The notes under the pieces: model-generated | Seen by the model: only the letters and a program-made list of their open reading frames with translations | The model's database searches: none | Told to the model about the DNA's origin: nothing | Made by a program: the position numbers and the translations under genes | Source of the DNA: Macrostomum hystrix | Taxonomy: Eukaryota > Animalia > Platyhelminthes | Assembly: GCA_950097015.1 (NCBI GenBank) | Contig: CATNEN010000019.1 | Coordinates: 153,929-217,928 of the forward strand | Length of the DNA stretch: 64,000 bases | Reading direction: 5' to 3' | Part shown: positions 46,485 through 58,245 of the stretch, piece after piece | How the letters are laid out: each line of letters starts with the position of its first letter | Numbering within the stretch: the stretch's first letter is position 1

Positions 46485-46826
46485 ATGGATACGTGCCCAG
46501 TCTGCAAGGCTTCAATTCGGAAGACGAATGTTGTAAGGCATTTTATTACAAATCATTCAGACTTCGTTTCGAGTTTTGATTGGAGCACAATTCCGGAGGT
46601 TCGACGACCCGCAATGACGGCATCGTATGACATCAAGGCAAGGACTGTATGGAAGATCATCCGGTTACGTCGGGATGGATCCAATCCAGATTTGTCTTAT
46701 TGTCAATACTGTGGCAAATGTGTTCAGCAGCTCAGTAAACACATTACGAGGTCATGCAAGCGTAAACCGACAATTACAGAGGCAGCAAATGCAACCCGTT
46801 CGTCAAGTGACAGCGACGACCTTTAG
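46485..46826 (+). CDS. Small two-zinc-finger protein (C2H2 plus C2HC); may splice onto the acidic ORF ending at 47173
   Basis: CPVC-x12-H-x4-H and CQYC-x9-H-x4-C motifs. The frame 46838-47173 is open (Ser-rich, DEEGDDGE acidic run, YRTRSGR) and could join through a short phase-2 intron. AATAAA near 47385. Confidence 0.55.
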   Translation: MDTCPVCKASIRKTNVVRHFITNHSDFVSSFDWSTIPEVRRPAMTASYDIKARTVWKIIRLRRDGSNPDLSYCQYCGKCVQQLSKHITRSCKRKPTITEAANATRSSSDSDDL

Positions 46827-47579
46827 TCGTGTTCTAGTGTTCTAGTCGACCTTTAACGACGGTTAGTCCTAGATGTTCAACAACGGACAACACCGAGTCG
46901 ACAAAGCCGGCCATCGATTCAGCAACACCATCGCCTATTTCGTCTACATCGTCTAGACGAAGCAGTCTTAGTCAACCGCCGATGTTTGGAGCATCGGCTG
47001 GACAAGGCAACGTTCACGACGATATCGACGAAGAAGGTGATGATGGTGAACAACAGCACGTCAGCAATGACAATGAGACCAGCTCGGATTCTGAGCTACT
47101 CATGGTTCGTCGAACGGAATACAGGACGCGATCTGGGCGCCTGATCAGTTCGAGAACTAGACTGGACATCTGAATGCTCATATTGTCCCAGTCGTGTCAC
47201 CTGACTTAATATGTGCTGATTGTCTGATTTGCCAAACTTATCAATTATCAATTGTGTCAATTGTGATACCCCCACTAATACCCGTCCCTTTACAACCGAG
47301 AATCTAATATGTTCTGTTTGTTGCTCTCTTATATATTGTTAAGATGCTAATGATTGTCAACACTGTGATTATTTCGTAAGTAAATAAATAAATTAACAAA
47401 TGAAATCATTTGATTATCATCTGATTAAACTAAGATTAAACTATTCTCGTTTTCTTAAAAGCCGCAGATACACGAAAAAATCATTCGTGATTATTGACAA
47501 TTAGCAGAAATATACTAAATTTGTCGATGGTAAAAAAAGTACAAGTCACTTTGTCTGAGAATACGTACGAGCTATCTAC

Positions 47580-50500
47580 GTTCGCGAAAATACCACAATA
47601 TATGTAGCCATGCACACTACTTCAATAACTTTTGCAAAAATACCGCCAACTACCTTTGTTTAATAGCATATCAGTATTTTCGCGAAAATACCATAATATG
47701 TAGCCATGCACACTACTTTAAGAACTTTTGCAAAAATACCGCCAACTACCTTTGTTTAAAGCATAGCAGTATTTTCGCGAAAATACCATAAGATGTAGCC
47801 ATGCACACTACTTTAAGAACTTTTGCAAAAATACCGCCAACTACCTTTGTTTAATAGCATAGCAGTATTTTCGCGAAAATACCATAAGATGTAGCCATGC
47901 ACACTACTTTAAGAAATTTTGCAAAAATACCGCCAACTACCTTTGTTTAAAGCATATCAGTATTTTCGCGAAAATACCATAAGATGTAGTCATGCACACT
48001 ACTTTAAGAACTTTTGCAAAAATACCGCCAACTACCCTTGTTTAATAGCATAGCAGTATTTTCGCGAAAATACCATAATATGTAGCCATGCACACTACTT
48101 TAAGAACTTTTGCAAAAATACCGCCAACTACCTTTGTTTAATAGCATAGCAGTATTTTCGCGAAAATACCATAAGATGTAGCCATGCACACTACTTTAAG
48201 AAATTTTGCAAAAATACCGCCAACTACCTTTGTTTAAAGCATATCAGTATTTTCGCGAAAATACCATAAGATGTAGCCATGCACACTACTTTAAGAACTT
48301 TTGCAAAAATACCGCCAACTACCTTTGTTTAAAGCATAGCAGTATTTTCGCGAAAATACCATAAGATGTAGTCATGCACACTACTTTAATCACTTTTGCA
48401 AAAATACCGCCAACTACCTTTGTTTAATAGCATAGCAGTATTTTCGCGAAAATACCTTAACATATAGCCACGCATATAACCTACTTTAATAACTTTTGCA
48501 AAAATACCGCCAACTACCTTTGTTTAATAGCATAGCAGTATTTTCGCGAAAATACCTTAACATATAGCCACGCATATAACCTACTTTAATAACTTTTGCA
48601 AAAATACCGCCAACAACTACCTCTGTTTAATAGCATATCAGTCTTTTCGCGAAAATACCATAAGATGTAGTATAGCCATGTGCAGTACTTCAATAAAGTT
48701 TTGCAAAAATACCGCCAACAACTACCTTTGTTTAATAGCATAGCAGTATTTTCGCGAAAATACCTTAAGATATAGCCACGCACACAACTTCAAGAACTTT
48801 TGCAAAAATACCGCCAACTACCTTTGTTTAATAGCATAGCAGTATTTTCGCGAAAATACCTTAACATATAGCCACGCATATAACCTACTTTAATAACTTT
48901 TGCAAAAATACCGCCAACTACCTTTGTTTAATAGCATAGCAGTATTTTCGCGAAAATACCTTAACATATAGCCACGCATATAACCTACTTTAATAACTTT
49001 TGCAAAAATACCGCCAACTACCTTTGTTTAATAGCATAGCAGTATTTTCGCGAAAATACCTTAAGATGTAGCCATGCACACTACTTTAATAACTTTTGCA
49101 AAAATACCGCAAACTACCTTTACTACCTTTGTTTAATAGCATAGCAGTATTTTCGCGAAAATACCATAAGATGTAGCCACGCACACTACCTACTTTAATA
49201 ACTTTTGCAAAAATACCGCCAACTACCTTTGTTTAATAGCATAGCAGTATTTTCGCGAAAAATACCATAAGATGTAGCCACGCACACTACCTACTTTAAT
49301 AACTGTTGCAAAAATACCGCCAACTACCTTTGTTTAATAGCATAGCAGTATTTTCGCGAAAATACCATAAGATGTAGCCACGCGCACTACCTACTTTAAT
49401 AACTGTTGCAAAAATACCGCCAACTACCTTTGTTTAATAGCATAGCAGTATTTTCGCGAAAATACCATAAGATGTAGCCACGCGCACTACCTACTTTAAT
49501 AACTGTTGCAAAAATACCGCCAACTACCTTTGTTTAATAGCATAGCAGTATTTTCGCGAAAATACCTTAAGATATAGCCACGCATATAACCTAATTTAAT
49601 AACTTATGCAAAAATACCGCCAACTACCTTTGTTTAATAGCATAGCAGTATTTTCGCGAAAATACCTTAAGATGTAGCCATGCACACTACTTTAATAACT
49701 TTTGCAAAAATACCGCAAACTACCTTTACTACCTGCGTTTAATAGCATAGCAGTATTTTCGCGAAAATACCTTAACATATAGCCACGCATATAACCTACT
49801 TTAATAACTTTTGCAAAAATACCGCCAACTACCTTTGTTTAATAGCATAGCATGCAGTCTTTTCGCGAAAATACCATAAGATGTAGTCATGCACACTACT
49901 TTAAGAACTTTTGCAAAAATACCGCCAACTACCCTTGTTTAATAGCATAGCAGTATTTTCGCGAAAAATACCATAATATGTAGCCATGCACACTACTTTA
50001 AGAACTTTTGCAAAAATACCGCCAACTACCTTTGTTTAATAGCATAGCAGTATTTTCGCGAAAATACCATAAGATGTAGCCATGCACACTACTTTAAGAA
50101 ATTTTGCAAAAATACCGCCAACTACCTTTGTTTAAAGCATATCAGTATTTTCGCGAAAATACCATAAGATGTAGTCATGCACACTACTTTAAGAACTTTT
50201 GCAAAAATACCGCCAACTACCCTTGTTTAATAGCATAGCAGTATTTTCGCGAAAATACCATAATATGTAGCCATGCACACTACTTTAAGAACTTTTGCAA
50301 AAATACCGCCAACTACCTTTGTTTAATAGCATAGCAGTATTTTCGCGAAAATACCATAAGATGTAGCCATGCACACTACTTTAAGAAATTTTGCAAAAAT
50401 ACCGCCAACTACCTTTGTTTAAAGCATATCAGTATTTTCGCGAAAATACCATAAGATGTAGCCATGCACACTACTTTAAGAACTTTTGCAAAAATACCGC

Positions 50501-52503
50501 CAACTACCTTTGTTTAAAGCATAGCAGTATTTTCGCGAAAATACCATAAGATGTAGTCATGCACACTACTTTAATCACTTTGCAAAAATACCGCCAACTA
50601 CCTTTGTTTAATAGCATAGCAGTATTTTCGCGAAAATACCTTAACATATAGCCACGCATATAACCTACTTTAATAACTTTTGCAAAAATACCGCCAACTA
50701 CCTTTGTTTAATAGCATAGCAGTATTTTCGCGAAAATACCTTAAGATGTAGCCATGCACACTACTTTAATAACTTTTGCAAAAATACCGCAAACTACCTT
50801 TACTACCTTTGTTTAATAGCATAGCAGTATTTTCGCGAAAATACCATAAGATGTAGCCACGCACACTACCTACTTTAATAACTTTTGCAAAAATACCGCC
50901 AACTACCTTTGTTTAATAGCATAGCAGTATTTTCGCGAAAATACCATAAGATGTAGCCACGCACACTACCTACTTTAAGAACTTTTGCAAAAATACCGCC
51001 AACTACCTTTGTTTAAAGCATAGCAGTATTTTCGCGAAAATACCATAAGATGTAGTCATGCACACTACTTTAATCACTTTTGCAAAAATACCGCCAACTA
51101 CCTTTGTTTAATAGCATAGCAGTATTTTCGCGAAAATACCTTAACATATAGCCACGCATATAACCTACTTTAATAACTTTTGCAAAAATACCGCCAACTA
51201 CCTTTGTTTAATAGCATAGCAGTATTTTCGCGAAAATACCTTAAGATGTAGCCATGCACACTACTTTAATAACTTTTGCAAAAATACCGCAAACTACCTT
51301 TACTACCTTTGTTTAATAGCATAGCAGTATTTTCGCGAAAATACCATAAGATGTAGCCACGCACACTACCTACTTTAATAACTTTTGCAAAAATACCGCC
51401 AACTACCTTTGTTTAATAGCATAGCAGTATTTTCGCGAAAATACCATAAGATGTAGCCACGCACACTACCTACTTTAATAACTGTTGCAAAAATACCGCC
51501 AACTACCTTTGTTTAATAGCATAGCAGTATTTTCGCGAAAATACCATAAGATGTAGCCACGCGCACTACCTACTTTAATAACTGTTGCAAAAATACCGCC
51601 AACTACCTTTGTTTAATAGCATAGCAGTATTTTCGCGAAAATACCATAAGATGTAGCCACGCGCACTACCTACTTTAATAACTGTTGCAAAAATACCGCC
51701 AACTACCTTTGTTTAATAGCATAGCAGTATTTTCGCGAAAATACCTTAAGATATAGCCACGCATATAACCTAATTTAATAACTTATGCAAAAATACCGCC
51801 AACTACCTTTGTTTAATAGCATAGCAGTATTTTCGCGAAAATACCTTAAGATGTAGCCATGCACACTACTTTAATAACTTTTGCAAAAATACCGCAAACT
51901 ACCTTTGTTTAATAGCATAGCAGTCTTTTCGCGAAAATACCATAAGATATAGCCACGCATATAACCTACATTAATAACTTTTGCAAAAATACTGCCAACT
52001 ACCTTTGTTTAATAGCATAGCAGTATTTTCGCGAAAATACCTTAAGATATAACCACGCATATAACCTAATTTAATAACTTATGCAAAAATACCGCCAACT
52101 ACCTTTGTTTAATAGCATAGCAGTATTTTCGCGAAAATACCTTAAGATGTAGCCATGCACACTACTTTAATAACTTTTGCAAAAATACCGCAAACTACCT
52201 TTACTACCTGCGTTTAATAGCATAGCAGTATTTTCGCGAAAATACCTTAACATATAGCCACGCATATAACCTACTTTAATAACTTTTGCAAAAATACCGC
52301 CAACTACCTTTGTTTAATAGCATAGCAGTCTTTTCGCGAAAATACCTTAAGATGTAGCCATGCACACTACTTTAATAACTTTTCCAGGTCACAGCCGCAA
52401 ACTACCTTTACTACCTGCGTTTAATAGGATAGCAGTCTTTTCGCGAAAATACCTTAAGATGTAGCCATTCACACTACTTTAATAACTTTTGCAAAAATAC
52501 CGC
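47580..52503 (+). repeat. Tandem array of ~50 units of ~96-100 bp with higher-order block duplications
   Basis: Consensus TTTTCGCGAAAATACCATAAGATGTAGCCATGCACACTACTTTAAGAACTTTTGCAAAAATACCGCCAACTACCTTTGTTTAATAGCATAGCAGTA; variant units recur in the same order in blocks. Confidence 0.97.
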
Positions 52504-52886
52504 TATTTACTTTCGGATAAAAGTCGTTATTTTATTTTCGCGATAACACCTGTAAATGAATTTTATTAATTAATACTTTGACACTTTGCATATACCTTCG
52601 TTTGAATGCGTAATACTATATATAGTAATAAGAAATATGATTTTTTTGCAACAGAAGTAGCAATTACCTACTTCACAACAATAAAAGCTCAAAACTGAGC
52701 ATATAAATTGATTTTATTTGTATGACTAATTATAAAATTGCATACAAAAACAGTATGAAACAGTAAAAAATATAAAAAAAACAGCTGAAAGACTGACTGA
52801 AGGACCGAGTAAAAATATAGTCGATAAAATAGCAGCATGCAGGCAGTTTGGTGTAAAAAAACCTGCTAACAGCACCGTCTTGTCGC

Positions 52887-55534
52887 TCATACTCGCCGGT
52901 CCGGGTGATCGCCAAACACATTGCGTATTGGGTGGCATTGTCCATCGCATTGGTAGTCGGCACTGAGGGAATGACCAATGAAGATGGCAACTACCGGACG
53001 CTTGTGCCCATCAGGTGTCGGTTCTAATCGGCGCTGAAAGTCCATCGAATACGCACTGACCGGAGCATGCCCAGCAAGCACTAACAGTCCGATTGAGCCT
53101 AGAGACGTGTCGAATAGCCTTGTATTTAGCATTGACTTCAAAAGTGTCTCCATTGACCAACGAAGTAGTGTGCACATGACTTCAGATGTGTCATCAAACA
53201 GTTGCGGGCGTAGCTCGTCAATAAACATGGCAGTGTGTATAGTCTCGCAGAGCTTGTCAAACATAAACGTGTTAGACCGCTTCTGCACCTGGATATTCAG
53301 CACTTTCGTAGAACCGAGATGGCTTTGCACAGAGTGGGTCTTCCCAACGCCAGACGGGCCGTATAGATAGACGACACCAGTTGGCAATTGCAACGCGCTG
53401 CACACAGCCTTTACAGTTGGGCACACGTTGGTGGCGGCGGCGATCAGCCGGGGAACATGAGCGACGGCGGCATCAAATACTTGAACAGCAGTAGCAGCGG
53501 AAGCAGCAACATCAGCAGCAGCAGAGACCTGTTGGATGGTGTTGTGTTGTTAGGTATGTTCGCATACAATTAATTAATTAATTGTCCAAAAGTAATAATT
53601 ATTTGAATTAAAACAACAGCAAAAATTCAATGATCAATACTCGTACGTGTGCTAAAAAATGTCATGTATTATAATATTTTGCATACCTCCAGCTGAGTAG
53701 GCAAGGTCGTCCTCGCATAGTCGGCTGTTGCAGCATCATCAGCAGCGGCGGCGGCGGCAGCGGCAGTAGGGCGACAGTTTTGGCAACCAGCTAGCACCTC
53801 TGTTGCTATTACGCGTTTCATCTGAGTCACCTTAAAGTAATCGCTGAGCTCTTGTCTGACACGAAAGTGTTCGAACATGAAGCCACTATCTAGCAAAGGC
53901 TCAGTAGATGACGTCTCATGAGCAGCAACCCAGCAAAAGGCCTTGGTCAGCAAGCTGCACTCTTGAGTAGAAACGCGGAAAAGAGCTGGAAACTCGTCCG
54001 TACTGGTAACTAGCTTAATTGCACTTGACGCACTGCGTACACCAGACACTGTCATTCTACACATTGTAGGATGCAGGTAGGCCGAAGCTTCCGCAGATTC
54101 CATCAAAAGGGCATGCAGTCCGCAGTAAACAGTGTAACCATCTTCTGGTTGGCGCAGGTTCAGGAACATCAGCAAACCATTGGGATGATTCGGAGCTCCT
54201 AAACATTCACGGATTGACATGTTGTATTTCTGCTGACGACGCGCTCGGATTTCTTCGCTGGTCAGCATGTCAACCTGAATACATGATGTTGCACCGATGG
54301 CAACTGTGCACATGGAGCTACCAATTCATCTTCTAGAAACGCCTTGAATTTTTCCACATCGCTCGAGATGAATGCAATCTCTATAAGATGTAGCGTCCTT
54401 CTAGTCATAAGAACCGACCTGCCCTCTGCTGTTAAAGAGGCGTAGTCGGTAATTGGAGCTCGAGGACATAGCCGTAGAAGTGGTGATGTCGAACGACACA
54501 ACGCATATTCATCGGCTATCGGAGCAAATGCCACGCCACCAACTTGCTGCTGCTGCTGTTGCCGCTGCTGCGGTTGTTGATCTCGCTGATGATGCTGCTG
54601 CTGCGATTGCTGCCGTCGTCCCGACTGTTGCGCTGTTGATTCAAAAGCGTCGACATACGCTGGAGAAAATACTGCGAGAGCTGGTTCATCATCATCGGAT
54701 ATTGTCCCATTCTCGATGACAGACATTGCCGGTGTAGAGCGAGGCGCATAATCTGGCGAAGTCGGACAGGCACCAAGTGCGGCACTATTTTTAGGAATAG
54801 TAGACTCGCCATTTACGCGCAATAATTCTGCCACCTCTGTTTTGTACTTATCATCAACTAGCTGCGATGACAAGGCTGAACTATTAGAAGCCGTCAAAAC
54901 AGGGGCAGTGTTCGACTCTACATTGTCTGTATTGCTCGTCCACTCGTCCACAATCTCCAGCTGTACGTCGTCTGCTAGCAAGTCCGTCCGCTGAGTCATC
55001 TTCAGATGATAGCACTTTAGGCGTGGACTCTATGCGATTAGCATGGTCGCCGGCGCCACAATTGATTGTGCGGCAATAACCAGAGGCTGTCGCATGGCTA
55101 CCAAAGATCCAACGCCAGTGTCTTCAGCATCAGACGACGATGTAGTGCTAGACGAAGCATCCAAGTCGACAACTACACGCGTCCGCTTGCGTAGAGTCGA
55201 TCGGACACGTCGACGCTTCTGAACTGCGGTTGTAATAACAGTTCGCTGCTGCTGCTGCTGCTGCTGCTGCGGTTGCTGTTGCTGCTGTACTACTGCTGCA
55301 CGGCGGGGAACGTAGAAGGCAGCCGACGCCCTGCCAGCCGTTCCTGCCCAGTGCTGCAAAAGATGCCGATGCTGCTTGCCCACACGGTCTAATTAAGTCG
55401 CCAGTAGGACGATTGGTTGACTGCTCAGATCTAAAGTAGTCCACGATCCTAGTCTGGCGTAGACCATTAGCATCCGGTGTAGCAATGCTGGCATCCACAC
55501 GAGCCTTCTTTCCACGGCCACGAAATGCTGACAT
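52887..55534 (-). CDS. Spliced ~790-aa putative replication protein: PIP box, basic NLS-like stretch, Q/A tracts, unknown central domain, C-terminal SF3-type (AAA+) helicase
   Basis: Phase-0 GT-AG introns at 55101-55030, 54321-54275 and 53686-53529 join four open frames. Walker A YGPSGVGKT (53360-53337), Walker B AMFIDE, Arg-finger-like DFQRRL. QTRIVDYF at 55456-55433. The link between the first ORF (55534) and the next frame needs a 3n+1 intron or a frameshift and is unresolved. Confidence 0.65.
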
Positions 55535-56199
55535 TTCAAACTTGAAGTCGAGGCGTAGAAATTAACTCGTAAATGTGGTTGATCGCTCGGCTCGGTCAGT
55601 CAGTCAGTCAGTCGGTCACAAAGTATCTGTTAACCGCGCTCCGTCTTAGATAGCTCACTTTTGCGACTGTACTGGACTGTAGTTCTAGGTCTGGCTATAG
55701 ACCAAACTTTTTCGCGAAAAATCATGTATGAATATTATTCAGCAAAAAAAATTTTGCCACTGCGCAGATACTAATCGATGAAATGTCTATGTCTAATTTC
55801 GCGAAAATACCATCTAAACTATCACAAGTATATAGACTAGCCATGTTAATTCAATTACTTTCGCAGTATACTTTACTACTTCAGGTGCAAGCAGCACTAC
55901 TTCAAGTACTATTGCGCAACTATACATTTAATATTGTTTGAAGACACATTTGTACTTTCGCGAATATATACCGGCTGCTGTAGCCACACAATCTCAGATT
56001 TATTTGCATAAGTACGGCAGTAAAAAGACAAGACACTTCGTCTGAAAAATTTTCGCTAAAAGACATGTGTCCCAAATGAAAGTAAAGGCATTATCAAAAG
56101 AAAGTAACTGCCCTATTTGAGCAAAAGTACGTAATAATAATGGGGATCCACAAAAAGTGGGGATTCGAATATAAAAAATAAAAATTTTAATTTTCATTG

Positions 56200-56478
56200 A
56201 TAGTAAAATGTTAGCTGCTTTTTTAATTAAAATTAAAACGTAGGGCTGACTGGGATTCGAACCCGGGCCCCTGGTATTAGAGAGAAATGCCTTAGACCTG
56301 CACGCCAGATCACTAACAATCAAATTAGTTGTTATCTGGCTATTTATATTTATTTTCTTTCGCATGTTCGAGTTTTAATGACGTTTGTCTGCAAATGGTG
56401 AAATCTTGATCACTAATACAATTTTTTTTTCTAACAGACTGATAATATTTATTCAGCGAATATAGAGAGTAGTAGTTC
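56200..56478 (-). repeat. Right arm of the diverged inverted repeat
   Basis: Reverse-complement similarity to 45885-46143; lies upstream of the helicase gene. Confidence 0.75.
56242..56314 (-). ncRNA. Second tRNA-like Pol III cassette, facing inward
   Basis: Minus strand AGTGATCTGGCGTGCAGGTCTAAGGC...CCGGGTTCGAATCCCAGTCAGCCCT followed by TTTT; perfect box B. Confidence 0.6.
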
Positions 56479-56794
56479 AGGAACGTTTTGCAAAAATACT
56501 ACCCTTACCTTTGTTTTGGAAACATATCAGTATTTTTGCGAAAATACTTTAATTCCTGAATATGCATAGACAATAAATACACTTTTCGCGAAAATACCAG
56601 CATTTGAGTCTATTCACAGCCAAGTCAGTTTACGAATCGACCTCCATCGCATATAGCCCTCTGACATCCGTAATTCCATATAAACTAGAGTTTACGGACT
56701 TAGAGAATTTTATCATGTCAGTGATAAAATTTTCGACCGTCCCCAGAGCTTAGTTGGTGTGGCTGGTGGAGTAAATGCAGGTATTATATATATA

Positions 56795-57171
56795 CTCTAA
56801 AGAAAGGTGCGCGAGCTGTTTTTTCGCAACTTGACTTCGTCGTCGTCGTCGGCATATGGGGGCTAGTATATAGCCGGGCTGGCTAAACCCCGGGCGATTC
56901 ATCGATTCTATTTTTAGCCTACGGCGCACCTTTCTTAAGAGTATATATATACAAGCTGACTCGTGTGTATTTAAATGGCAGCCTATTGAAGTCTATGGGG
57001 CACGCAAGCCAGTATATACTCTTAAGAAAGGTGCGCCTTAGGCTAAAAATAGAAACACCATGCATTTTCGGTCATCTATTATAGTAACTAGTCGTCATCA
57101 AGCCCGATCTAGATATAATCTCCGTCATATTGCCTCCAGCGAAAATATACAGCGCGCACCTTTCTTTAGAG
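56795..57171. mobile_element. Mirror-image pair of ~150-bp TA-flanked MITEs (56795-56941 and 57019-57171)
   Basis: Each has TIRs CTCT(A/T)AAGAAAGGTGCGC and sits in a TATA context; the shared TCTATTTTTAGCCTA end shows the two are inverted relative to each other. Confidence 0.75.
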
Positions 57172-57300
57172 TATATACTAACTGGCTCGTTCTATCCCGC
57201 CCCAATCTCACCACACTATTTAAGCCTTGGGACGGTCGAGAATTTACAGATTGTAAATTCTCTAAGTCCATAAACTCTTATAATTGGAGTGCTGCAGCTA

Positions 57301-57425
57301 GGGTGTGGTGTGGTGTGGTGTGTGGTGTGGTGTGGTGTGTGGTGTGGTGTGGTGTGTGGTGTTGGGTGGGTGGTGTGTGGTGTGGTGTGGTGTGTGGTGT
57401 GGTGTGGTGTGTGGTGTTGGGTGGG
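57301..57425. repeat. (GTGTG/GTG)n GT-rich microsatellite
   Basis: Directly visible. Confidence 0.95.
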
Positions 57426-58060
57426 TGGATGCAGAGTGCAGGTGCAGGTTGGGTAGGTGGTGCATGGTGTCTCACTCTCATATCCTCCCTTCACTCTGTC
57501 CTAGCTTCCTCCCCTATACCTTCGCTTTCCTGATCCCCTTCCTTTAATCTGATGATCCTCTCTTCACTCTCCCTCGCTTTCACTTTCCTCCTGTACTATC
57601 CTCCAAATATGTTTTCTCGAAAGTAAGACATCGATCAGTACAATGAATTAATAATTACAATGAACCAGTCGTACGAATTTGGGTGGGTGGATGCAGAGTG
57701 CAGGTGGTTGGGTAGGTGGTGGTGTCTGACTCTCTGCATATCCTCCCTTCACTCTGTCCTAGCTTCCTCCCCTATACCTTCGCTTTCCTGATCCCCTTCC
57801 TTTAATCTGATGATTCTGGATTCAGGATTCTGGATTCTGATTCAGGATCTGATGATCCTGATCCTCTCTTCACTCTCCCTCGCTTTCACTTTCCTCCTGT
57901 ATACTATCCTCCAAATAATTTTTCGCGAAAGTAACACATCAGTACAAATCTACAATCTGTGCAGTCAACCTACTTTTGCTTTCCTCCCCTTCCTTCGATC
58001 TGATCCTCTCTTCACTCTCCCTCGCTTTCACTATCCGCCAACTATGTTTTCGCGAAAGTT
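57419..58060 (+). repeat. ~260-290-bp tandem duplication (two full copies and one partial) of a pyrimidine-rich unit
   Basis: GGGTGGATGCAGAGTGCAGG...CCTCCCTTCACTCTGTCCTAGCTTCC...CTTCACTCTCCCTCGCTTTCAC repeated at ~57419, ~57682 and partially at ~57985. Confidence 0.85.
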
Positions 58061-58245
58061 ACACGTCAATAAATGGTACCAGAGTGCTTTTCAGTTGAGA
58101 TCAGTTCGAAGAAACTGAAGCATCCAAAGCCAAAAACCAAAGCCGAAATCCAAATTTGCAGCTTCTTCTAGCTGCAACTCACTGACTAGCCAGTTTCTGC
58201 ACTGCTATAGCTACTACTTACAGCAGGCGCATGCGTAGCTGAAAA

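Noticed and set aside
47580-52503. Possible CRISPR-like array (conserved palindromic repeats with intervening segments)
   Set aside because: The segments between the palindromes are near-identical variants, not unique spacers; there are no cas-like genes and the context is eukaryotic.
57060-57547. ORFs rich in VWCG / HHTTP
   Set aside because: Artefacts of the GT microsatellite.
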